A stretch of DNA of 48,056 nt from a bacterium (GTDB taxonomy: Bacteria; Patescibacteriota; Minisyncoccia; Phycocordibacterales; Phycocordibacteraceae), in contig JAKAKH010000013.1 of assembly GCA_021824605.1 (NCBI GenBank), positions 1 through 48,056 of the forward strand, written 5' to 3'. The stretch's first letter is position 1; every line of letters starts with the position of its first letter. A program made the translations under genes and the position numbers. Below are positions 7,392 to 14,524 of this stretch, piece by piece. The notes beneath the pieces are model-generated. The model had not been told where the DNA came from. It saw nothing but the letters and a program-made list of their open reading frames with translations, and searched no databases.

Positions 7392-7419
7392 TTGATAGAA
7401 CGTTAGAATCTGTTATTAT
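7392..7419 (+). promoter_or_regulatory. Candidate sigma70-like promoter
   Basis: TTGATA, 16-nt spacer, TATTAT, located about 60 nt upstream of ATG 7480. Confidence 0.35.
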
Positions 7420-7479
7420 ATGCGCGCCCATGTTGGGGTAGTGGTTTTTGCAACTTCTTTCAGAAAATGGAGTATAGCC

Positions 7480-7998
7480 ATGTCGGACAAAGACAAGCTT
7501 CAGAGAATGCACAACCGTGGTGAACAAGACGCAAGTGAGGGTAATTTAAGCCTTCCAAACGACCCTCTCAGGATGGGTTTCGCGGCGTTCTTCGCTTCCG
7601 CTGAGCAACAGACGGAATGGGAGGAAGAAAACAAGGCTTATCTAGAAGGCCGCAAACACACCGAGTCTCAAAATGGCAGTTGCTTCCTTACCACCGCCTG
7701 TGTGGAGCATGCAGGGTTAGCCGATGACTGCCATGAGTTGGTCGTACTTCGGTCATTCCGCGACAACTACATCGCAAACCTGGCTCACGGCCCCGCCTTG
7801 CTCACCGAGTACTACAAAGTCGCTCCAGTTCTCGTCCGGCAAATCAAGCAGGACCAGAATTGCGATGCCGAGCTCGCCAGCATTTTTTCTACGGTGACAA
7901 GAGCGGTGGCTCTGGTCGAACAAAGAAACTATTCAGAGGCACTCCTTTGCTACGAGACGATGTTCACCGAACTTAAGGGCAAGTTCTTTCCCGTGTGA
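7480..7998 (+). CDS. Hypothetical protein with conserved CFxTTAC...DDCxEL..LRxFRD Cys motif
   Basis: The ORF starts at 7420; ATG 7480 gives MSDKDKLQRM.... The C-terminal motif CFLTTACVEHAGLADDCHELVVLRSFRDNYI...EYYKVAPVLV recurs in many uncharacterised bacterial/phage proteins (from memory; no named family). Confidence 0.55.
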   Translation: MSDKDKLQRMHNRGEQDASEGNLSLPNDPLRMGFAAFFASAEQQTEWEEENKAYLEGRKHTESQNGSCFLTTACVEHAGLADDCHELVVLRSFRDNYIANLAHGPALLTEYYKVAPVLVRQIKQDQNCDAELASIFSTVTRAVALVEQRNYSEALLCYETMFTELKGKFFPV

Positions 7999-8024
7999 TA
8001 TAACGTCGTTGTTTCGATGTTATG

Positions 8025-8056
8025 GCGGGGTCTTAGGACCCCGCCTGTTTCATTTT
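8025..8056 (+). terminator. Intrinsic terminator
   Basis: GGCGGGGTC-TTAG-GACCCCGCC followed by TGTTTCATTTT. Confidence 0.6.
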
Positions 8057-8116
8057 GCAAAGAACAATTGTGTGGAAAGGTAGATGTGACAGAACTTAGT
8101 GCGGTATAGTACAAGT

Positions 8117-9073
8117 ATGCGTTCTCGCGTGTCACTCCTTGCGCTGTTTCTTGCGGTGAGTTCATTTGCGGTGCCGCATTTTGCGCACGCAGCGATACCG
8201 TTTTTCGGTCCTATTGTTCCGGCAGGGAATAATGTCTGTCCGGCCGGATGGGGGATGCTTATGATGGTGATCAATAACATCATTGAATTTCTTATTACCG
8301 TTGGCATCGTCTTTTGGGCTCCCTTGATGATTGCGTACGCAGGATTTCTCTATGTGTTCAATCCAGTGAGTCCTGAGGGTCGTAGCAAGGCAAACAAAGT
8401 TCTCAGCGGCACTATTTACGGCATCGTTACCATGCTTGCGGCATGGATGATCGTCGATGCCATTATGGCAGTGCTCTATAATCCAGGTACGGTTGGCGGA
8501 ACCTGGGCAAGTTTAGTCGGTACTGGCGGTGATGTCTGTCTCCCGCAAGCGGGCGCGCTTCCGGGTGCGGGGTTGAACCAAGCGCCCGTGACAGGCATCA
8601 GTGCGAATGGCGGCGTCGTCACACTAAGCGGCAGTACGCTTGCACAGTGTTCGAGTGGCAACACAGCGTGTAGCCCGGCAGCTTTGCAGGCAGCAGGATT
8701 TACACCGAGTCAGGCAAATGTGATGTCTTGTATTGCCGTGACTGAGAGTAGCGGCAACCCTTCTGTCCCTTGTAATGGGAACGCCTGTGGCTTATTCCAA
8801 ATTATGTTGACCGTAAATCAGCTCGTGGGGCCTGCATGCGCAAAATATAACAATGGTAACCCAACGATTAATTGCCCGGCGCTCTGTCGAGGGAATGATG
8901 GGGCAGCTGTTACGACCGCAACGTGCCAGCCTTGTGTTCAGGCGGCAAGCGATGCGCAGTGTAATGCACAATCGGCGCAGTATCTGTATTCGAAGTCTGG
9001 TGGTTATACACCGTGGACTACGGCGTCTGATAATACAAAATCGGCAGCTTGCGTACAGAAGTATGGTCCTTAA
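8117..9073 (+). CDS. VirB2/TrbC-type T4SS pilin-like protein fused to a lytic transglycosylase (SLT) domain
   Basis: Signal peptide MRSRVSLLALFLAVSSFAVPHFAHA. Two hydrophobic helices (WGMLMMVINNIIEFLITVGIVFWAPLMIAYAGFLYVF and IYGIVTMLAAWMIVDAIMAVLY) resemble CPR T4SS pilins. The C-terminal Cys-rich region carries the SLT motif ...IAVTESSGNP...CGLFQI.... The ORF opens at GTG 8099. Confidence 0.75.
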   Translation: MRSRVSLLALFLAVSSFAVPHFAHAAIPFFGPIVPAGNNVCPAGWGMLMMVINNIIEFLITVGIVFWAPLMIAYAGFLYVFNPVSPEGRSKANKVLSGTIYGIVTMLAAWMIVDAIMAVLYNPGTVGGTWASLVGTGGDVCLPQAGALPGAGLNQAPVTGISANGGVVTLSGSTLAQCSSGNTACSPAALQAAGFTPSQANVMSCIAVTESSGNPSVPCNGNACGLFQIMLTVNQLVGPACAKYNNGNPTINCPALCRGNDGAAVTTATCQPCVQAASDAQCNAQSAQYLYSKSGGYTPWTTASDNTKSAACVQKYGP

Positions 9074-9081
9074 TAGATACT

Positions 9082-9642
9082 ATGCATAAGACTTTCATTA
9101 TTGTTGGAGTTCTGGGTGTCATCGGGGTACTTTTTGGTGTCGCGGTCTGGCTCACTGGCTCGCACAAGTCGGCTCCAACGAGTCCATCCTCGACGCAGAA
9201 CGTTGGATTGCCTGTCGCACCTGCTGTCCAACAAACTACTACCGTGACCGTCATTACAGCTTCTTCATCGGAGGGTTGGGTTCAGACCGTCGATTTCATT
9301 CATGATCCAACAACAGTAAAAGATTCAAATAACGCAGGGTACTACTATCTTGGGTACCATACGAAGCAGAGTACATCCGATCAAACGGCTACCACTACGC
9401 CGCCCTACCTCATCACCTACATTAGCGCGACGAATTATTTCAATATTTCTCTCCTCCAAGAGCCGATAGGGCCAGTGCGAGAAGAGGCCGAGCAGTACCT
9501 GATGGCACGTTTGGGGATTACCCAAGAGCAGATGTGTCAGCTCGACTATATGGTGAGTGTTCCTGATCGGGTCAATACTCAGTTTTCTGGTCGGAACCTA
9601 GGATTCAGTTTTTGTCCTGGGGCGACGGTGCTGCCGAAATAA
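9082..9642 (+). CDS. Membrane-anchored hypothetical protein
   Basis: ATG 9082 gives MHKTFIIVGVLGVIGVLFGVAVWL (TM anchor), then a Ser/Thr-rich linker and a globular domain. It lies directly downstream of the pilin-SLT gene. Confidence 0.55.
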   Translation: MHKTFIIVGVLGVIGVLFGVAVWLTGSHKSAPTSPSSTQNVGLPVAPAVQQTTTVTVITASSSEGWVQTVDFIHDPTTVKDSNNAGYYYLGYHTKQSTSDQTATTTPPYLITYISATNYFNISLLQEPIGPVREEAEQYLMARLGITQEQMCQLDYMVSVPDRVNTQFSGRNLGFSFCPGATVLPK

Positions 9643-10516
9643 TCTCTTCCTCTGTAAGTTTGCGCAGCCAGGCCTTCTGACGACGTGCATATTGCCACAG
9701 CTTCGCCGAGAGAGTCGGGAGGAGCGACGCTTCGGTGCGTTCGCCACGTAGATATTCGCCGACTACTCGGTACTCAAGACCGAGCTCCGCGAGACGCGCG
9801 TCACCAACTGACTCGCGTACCAGCCGCACTTCGCCCACGAGCCCGCGTTCGAGGGCGCTTGCGAGGCGAGTATCGATCCGGGTGCGCAGCTCTTCTCGGG
9901 GAGGGTCGATAATAATCCATTCGGTCGCATATGACGTCGTGGGAGTTCGTGTTGGCACCTCTCCATGAGCGTCGATGAGCTCGAGAGCGCGAATGAGACG
10001 ACGGCGATTATGCGGATCGAGTGCAAGCGCGCGACGTGCATCTTTGGAGCGAATGCGCGCGTACAGCTCTTCATCGGAGAGGTGTTCCAGCTCTTCGCGG
10101 AGTGCAGTATTCATATCAGTGCCAAGAGGAAGACCTTTTAGGAGGGCGTCAAAATAGAAATGAGTGCCGCCGACGAGAATCGGCAGATTACCCCGTGCGA
10201 GTATCTCCGTGATCAGACGACGTGCGTCTTGCACGAAGTCGCCTGCGGAATACGGGACCGAGACATCGCGAATATCGATGAGGTGGTGGGGGACGCCGCG
10301 CATCTCTGGAGCGAGTATCTTTTCCGTACCGATATCGAGGCCGCGATAGACCTGTCGCGAATCGACGGAAATAATCTCGCCCTGCCTACCGGCAGGCAGG
10401 CGTCCTCGTGCGAGGGCTTCTTCGACTGCGCGTGAGGATTTACCAGACGCTGTTGGTCCTGCGATACAGAGGATTTTCTCCCTTGGTTGTCTTTCCATTA
10501 GACGCGATGGTATCAT
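9605..10516 (-). CDS. miaA: tRNA dimethylallyltransferase
   Basis: P-loop GPTASGKS, then ISVDSRQVYRGLDIGTEKI and GVPHHLIDI, the typical MiaA motif order. Confidence 0.9.
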   Translation of the reverse strand: MIPSRLMERQPREKILCIAGPTASGKSSRAVEEALARGRLPAGRQGEIISVDSRQVYRGLDIGTEKILAPEMRGVPHHLIDIRDVSVPYSAGDFVQDARRLITEILARGNLPILVGGTHFYFDALLKGLPLGTDMNTALREELEHLSDEELYARIRSKDARRALALDPHNRRRLIRALELIDAHGEVPTRTPTTSYATEWIIIDPPREELRTRIDTRLASALERGLVGEVRLVRESVGDARLAELGLEYRVVGEYLRGERTEASLLPTLSAKLWQYARRQKAWLRKLTEEEIISAAPSPQDKN

Positions 10517-10541
10517 AAGCTCTCATTTAACCAATACGCCT

Positions 10542-11201
10542 ATGAAAGAAACCAAAAGCAATTACTGTGAGCACTGCGGTGAATTTCATGACTTCGTCCA
10601 TGATCATTTTTCGCTCGTGAAAGTTGGCGAGTCAGTGCCGGATTTCGAGTTCGAGGTGTACCACGAGAAAGCGATCAAGACGATGAGTCTCTCGCAATTG
10701 CGTGGAAAATGGGTGGTGCTTGTCTTCTATCCAGCTGATTTTACGTTTGTGTGTCCGACCGAGCTTGAGGAACTCGCGCAGCTCTATCCGAAGTTCCAGG
10801 CACTCGGTGCAGAAATTATTTCAGTTTCTTCTGACACGGTGTTTACCCACAAGGCGTGGCACGACACCTCAGAAGGTATCAAGAAAATTACGTACCCGAT
10901 GGCAGCCGATCCTTCAGGGAAGCTTGCCGATGCTTTCGGCGTTCTTATCGAAGGCAATGGGCCAGAACTCACACCCGACGAGGGGCTCGCACTCCGCGGT
11001 ACGTTCATTATCGATGCGAAAGGCACGCTTCGATCGATGGAGATTAATGACAACTCCATAGGTCGCAAGGGTGCGGAGACTCTGCGTAAGCTGCAGGCGG
11101 CGCAGTACGTCGATACGCACAAAGGCCAAGTATGCCCTGCGTCCTGGGAACCAGGCGACGACACGCTTGAGCCAGGGCTCGATATGGTCGGGAAGCTCTA
11201 G
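10542..11201 (+). CDS. Typical 2-Cys peroxiredoxin (AhpC/Tsa family) with a Cys/His-rich N-terminal extension
   Basis: FYPADFTFVCPTELEEL peroxidatic-Cys motif and C-terminal VCPASWEPG resolving Cys. It has about 25 extra N-terminal residues (MKETKSNYCEHCGEFHDFVHDH). Confidence 0.9.
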   Translation: MKETKSNYCEHCGEFHDFVHDHFSLVKVGESVPDFEFEVYHEKAIKTMSLSQLRGKWVVLVFYPADFTFVCPTELEELAQLYPKFQALGAEIISVSSDTVFTHKAWHDTSEGIKKITYPMAADPSGKLADAFGVLIEGNGPELTPDEGLALRGTFIIDAKGTLRSMEINDNSIGRKGAETLRKLQAAQYVDTHKGQVCPASWEPGDDTLEPGLDMVGKL

Positions 11202-11207
11202 GAGAAC

Positions 11208-11263
11208 CCCGGCACAAAAAGGAACACCCCGCTCTCTAGCGGGGTGTTCCTTTTTGTGCCGGG
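11208..11263. terminator. Bidirectional intrinsic terminator (25-bp perfect palindrome)
   Basis: CCCGGCACAAAAAGGAACACCCCGC-TCTCTA-GCGGGGTGTTCCTTTTTGTGCCGGG. The inner 12-bp GC stem is flanked by A5/T5. The right arm overlaps the last 7 nt of tRNA-Leu. Confidence 0.6.
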
Positions 11264-11337
11264 AGAGAGACTTGAACTCTCATGCCTTGCGGCGAGGGGT
11301 TTTGAATCCCTTGCGTCTACCATTTCGCCATCCCGGC
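11257..11337 (-). tRNA. trnL: tRNA-Leu (anticodon CAA), 81 nt, long variable arm, no encoded CCA
   Basis: Hand fold: GCCGGGA/TCCCGGC acceptor, 3-bp D-stem, AGGGA-TTCAAAA-CCCCT anticodon arm (one A-C mismatch), GCC-GCAA-GGC variable arm, GAGAG-TTCAAGT-CTCTC T-arm, discriminator A. Confidence 0.85.
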
Positions 11338-11374
11338 TCTGGTATGCACGATACCATATGTTAAAATCAATTTC

Positions 11375-12361
11375 ATGAATGATGATTCGCGCTACGTACC
11401 GACGAAATACGACTCGGTATTCTGGATTGATGTCGAACGTATCGTACCGAATCCTTACCAGCCCCGAAAAGAGTTTAGCGAACTCGGCTTGAAGTCGCTC
11501 GCGGAGAGTATTCGTCAGTACGGCGTGCTGATGCCGCTCGTCGTGTCTCGGACGGAAGTTGAGAAATCAGATGGCGGTCTCGAGAGTCTCTATGAGCTCG
11601 TTGCAGGTGAACGCCGTTTGCGCGCCAGTAAGCTCGCTGGACTCAAGCAGGTCCCGGTGGTTATTCGCCAGGGAGACAGTAATCTAACGAAACTCGAACT
11701 CGCCATTATCGAGAACCTGCAACGCGAAGATCTCAATGCGATTGATCGCGCGAAAGCGTTGCAGCAGCTTATTGACGAGTTCGGCATTTCCCACGCCGAA
11801 ACAGCAGCGAAGATCGGGAAGAGTCGCGAATATGTTTCGAACTCGCTCCGCCTCCTGACGCTCCCCGAGCATATGCAACAGGCTATTGTTGCGAAGGAGA
11901 TCAGTGAGGGTCATGCGCGCCCACTGCTCGCTTTGAATAGTCGCCCCGAGGAGCGCGAGACTCTTTTCCATGAAATTATTTTGAAGCGTCTTCCGGTACG
12001 CGCGGCTGAACGTATCGCTCGTTCGATCGCGCAAGAGCGTGTCCGTTCGCATCATAAGAAGTCACTTGAGATGGTTGAGCTTGAGAAATCGCTCACCGAG
12101 ACACTCGGTACCCGGGTTATTATCGAGACAAACGCCGAAGGCGGCCGACTCCTTATCGACTTCTTCTCACCCGACGATCTCCAACAGTTGGTCGATGCGC
12201 TCGCCGCAGAGAGGGAGGCAACAGAGAAAGCTGCAGCAGCAGTCGCGCCGCCTATCTTCCCGAATACGACGCAACTTTCAGACGATCCTATTCCTCCTGC
12301 TGCGCCTGATGAGCCCGCAGAAGAGGATGAGCTCTACTCGGTCAGTAGTTTCTCCTTGTAG
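11375..12361 (+). CDS. parB: Chromosome partitioning protein ParB/Spo0J
   Basis: ParB-box region PNPYQPRKEF...LAESIRQYGVLMPLVV...YELVAGERRLRASKLAGLKQVPVVI, with an HTH region following. Confidence 0.9.
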   Translation: MNDDSRYVPTKYDSVFWIDVERIVPNPYQPRKEFSELGLKSLAESIRQYGVLMPLVVSRTEVEKSDGGLESLYELVAGERRLRASKLAGLKQVPVVIRQGDSNLTKLELAIIENLQREDLNAIDRAKALQQLIDEFGISHAETAAKIGKSREYVSNSLRLLTLPEHMQQAIVAKEISEGHARPLLALNSRPEERETLFHEIILKRLPVRAAERIARSIAQERVRSHHKKSLEMVELEKSLTETLGTRVIIETNAEGGRLLIDFFSPDDLQQLVDALAAEREATEKAAAAVAPPIFPNTTQLSDDPIPPAAPDEPAEEDELYSVSSFSL

Positions 12362-12364
12362 AAC

Positions 12365-13966
12365 TTACTCGGCTTTTTTACTTTTCTCTTTCCGGACACT
12401 GCGCGTGCGGCGACGTACCGGTTTCTCTTTTTCGGTGAGGCCGAGGGCACTGCGAATATGTCGGCGGGCGAGCGAGGTGCGTACGATATCGAGCCACTTC
12501 GGCGAGGGGTGCGCAGAGTCACGCCGTATGATTTCTACAATATCGCCATTACCAAGCTCTGTTTCGAATGAGACGAGTTTTCCATTCACTTTCGCACCCT
12601 GTAGATGATCACCCAGATCGCTGTGAATCGCGTAGGCAAAGTCAATTGGCGTTGAGGTAGCGGGCAAGTCGATCACGTCGCCTTGGGGCGTGAAGACGAA
12701 TACTCGATGAGAAAAAAAGTCTTCCTTGAGTCCCTCCACAAATTCTTCTGACCCCGTGACGTCTGCGTGAGCTTCGGCCAATTCAGCAAGCCAAGGTGGA
12801 ATTTTCGTCTCTCCGGGCGTGTCGCCTTCTTTCCGTACGACGCGCATAAGTGAGGGGATGAGCGAACGCCACGAGAACGAGAGCGAGGAAAAGCGGCTTT
12901 TTTGGGCTCCTTTGGCAAGTTTTTCGATATTCTTACCCAGCTGTTTGTACGACATATGCGAGGCAATACCGAACATCGCGTGGCGGTGCATCTCATCAGT
13001 GCGAATCTGTATCTCGACGATGCCGGCGTCGGGGGTGACGACGGTTGTGTGGAGTGACTGGTAGCCGTTCGGCTTCGGAAAAGCAATGTAGTCTTTAAAT
13101 TCTCCCGGGAGGGGCTTAAAGAGCGCGTGAACAATACCGAGTGTTGTATAACAGTCTTCGATGGTGGGGACGACGATGCGCAGAGCCGCGATATCATGAA
13201 TCAGACTGATATCATCGTGTTTCCGTTCCAGTTTCTTATGCAGGCTCCAGAGGCCTTTCATACGGATATCGGTGTGGAACGTTTTCAAACCGCGCTTCGC
13301 GAGCTCCTTCCCAAGTTCTTTGCGTACTTTCGCGAGCCCCTCTTCTGTTTCTTGCGTTTTTAATTTCCGCATTTCGGCGGTGTGAACGGCTGCATCAGGA
13401 TCAATGAAAGGGAAGGCGAGATCTTCGAGGTCGCGCTTCATCTTTCCCATGCCGAGTCGGTCGGCAATTGGTGCATAGATCTCAATTGTCTCGAGGGCGA
13501 TACGGCGTTGTTTATGTGCGGGGACGTGCTCAAGGGTCTGCATATTATGGTAGCGATCGGCGAGCTTCACGATGAGCACGCGAATGTCGCTTGCGGTTGC
13601 GACGAGGAGTCGTCGCAGGGACTCGGCGTGACGTTCGGCGCCGCGGTATTTATGCGTACCGAGTTTTGTCACGCCATCAACAATGAAAAGGAGTTCTTTC
13701 CCGAACTCTTTTTCGACTTCCTCGCGTGACGCTTTCCCATCCTCGACGACATCGTGGAGGAGACCAGCGGCGATGGTGGTCGCATCCATACCGTACTCAG
13801 CGAGTATCTTTGCGGTCGCCGCCGGGTGAATGAAGTATGGTTCGCCAGAGAACCGAGCTTGCCCCTCGTGAGCTTTCTTGGAGAGTTCATACGCCTTCTC
13901 AACATACGCAATATCTGCGGTCGAGGGTGATGACATCGCACCGATTATTTCTTTCGCGGTGGTCAT
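12365..13966 (-). CDS. rel: Bifunctional (p)ppGpp synthetase/hydrolase, RelA/SpoT homolog (RSH) with TGS domain
   Basis: HD hydrolase motif LLHDVVEDG, RelA_SpoT synthetase core (...YQSLHTTV...EIQIRT..MH) and a TGS-like region (VFTPQGDVIDLP..STPIDFAYAIHSDLG). It has a basic C-terminal tail and no ACT domain. Confidence 0.9.
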   Translation of the reverse strand: MTTAKEIIGAMSSPSTADIAYVEKAYELSKKAHEGQARFSGEPYFIHPAATAKILAEYGMDATTIAAGLLHDVVEDGKASREEVEKEFGKELLFIVDGVTKLGTHKYRGAERHAESLRRLLVATASDIRVLIVKLADRYHNMQTLEHVPAHKQRRIALETIEIYAPIADRLGMGKMKRDLEDLAFPFIDPDAAVHTAEMRKLKTQETEEGLAKVRKELGKELAKRGLKTFHTDIRMKGLWSLHKKLERKHDDISLIHDIAALRIVVPTIEDCYTTLGIVHALFKPLPGEFKDYIAFPKPNGYQSLHTTVVTPDAGIVEIQIRTDEMHRHAMFGIASHMSYKQLGKNIEKLAKGAQKSRFSSLSFSWRSLIPSLMRVVRKEGDTPGETKIPPWLAELAEAHADVTGSEEFVEGLKEDFFSHRVFVFTPQGDVIDLPATSTPIDFAYAIHSDLGDHLQGAKVNGKLVSFETELGNGDIVEIIRRDSAHPSPKWLDIVRTSLARRHIRSALGLTEKEKPVRRRTRSVRKEKSKKAE

Positions 13967-14023
13967 ACGGACTACTATACACTGCCTCGGGTGAAAATTC
14001 TGCCTAGGAGCGCGAGGCAGGTA

Positions 14024-14051
14024 TTGCCTTTTTCTGTTTTTGAGGTAAGAT
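14024..14051 (+). promoter_or_regulatory. Candidate promoter
   Basis: TTGCCT, 16-nt spacer, TAAGAT, about 35 nt upstream of ATG 14085, which is preceded by GGAGAG. Confidence 0.3.
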
Positions 14052-14084
14052 TTCCGAGTTCTTACTCATTGATGGAGAGAAAAC

Positions 14085-14477
14085 ATGTTCCTTACGCGGT
14101 GTGTGGTGTGGGTATGCGAGATGCTTCCTCCGGCATGGAAACTGACGGCTTTCGTTCGTCGGGTAGGAGAGTATGACAAACGCGAGCGTAACCTCGTTCG
14201 TTGGCATCAGGTGCGGCTCGAGGAGCCGGAAGATGTCCTTGGCATGATCGCATGGCATCGTCGTGAACTCGAAGCGTTGGGCCCCGATATCTCCGTGGAG
14301 AATCGTGTGGCATGGCATCGCCACGAACTTGAAATGCTCGATCCTCAGTATCGCGCGCAGGTGATTTACTTCAAACTCGCCGTCGCAGAAGACGATGCGC
14401 GGGCTCGAGGGCTCCGGCCGGGTGATCCTGAGTTTCCCACCATTTTCGACTTCGATCCCATCGAATCACTGGGGTGA
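14085..14477 (+). CDS. Hypothetical protein with internal AWHR(R/H)ELE(A/M)L repeat
   Basis: 130-aa ORF with an RBS and a downstream terminator. Tandem motif IAWHRRELEALGPD / VAWHRHELEMLDPQ. No family recognised. Confidence 0.45.
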   Translation: MFLTRCVVWVCEMLPPAWKLTAFVRRVGEYDKRERNLVRWHQVRLEEPEDVLGMIAWHRRELEALGPDISVENRVAWHRHELEMLDPQYRAQVIYFKLAVAEDDARARGLRPGDPEFPTIFDFDPIESLG

Positions 14478-14496
14478 ATCGATGTCGATGGTCAAC

Positions 14497-14524
14497 ACGG
14501 CGCACTTCGGTGCGTCGTTTTTTA
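14497..14524. terminator. Intrinsic terminator between convergent genes
   Basis: ACGGCGCAC-TTCG-GTGCGTCGT followed by TTTTTTA. It overlaps the topA stop codon. Confidence 0.55.

Noticed and set aside
11208-11263. 25-bp perfect inverted repeat, considered as a transposon TIR/MITE or recombination site
   Set aside because: It is a single palindrome: a 12-bp GC stem flanked by A5/T5, exactly between the peroxiredoxin stop and the tRNA-Leu 3' end. That is the architecture of a bidirectional intrinsic terminator. There is no second copy or target-site duplication.
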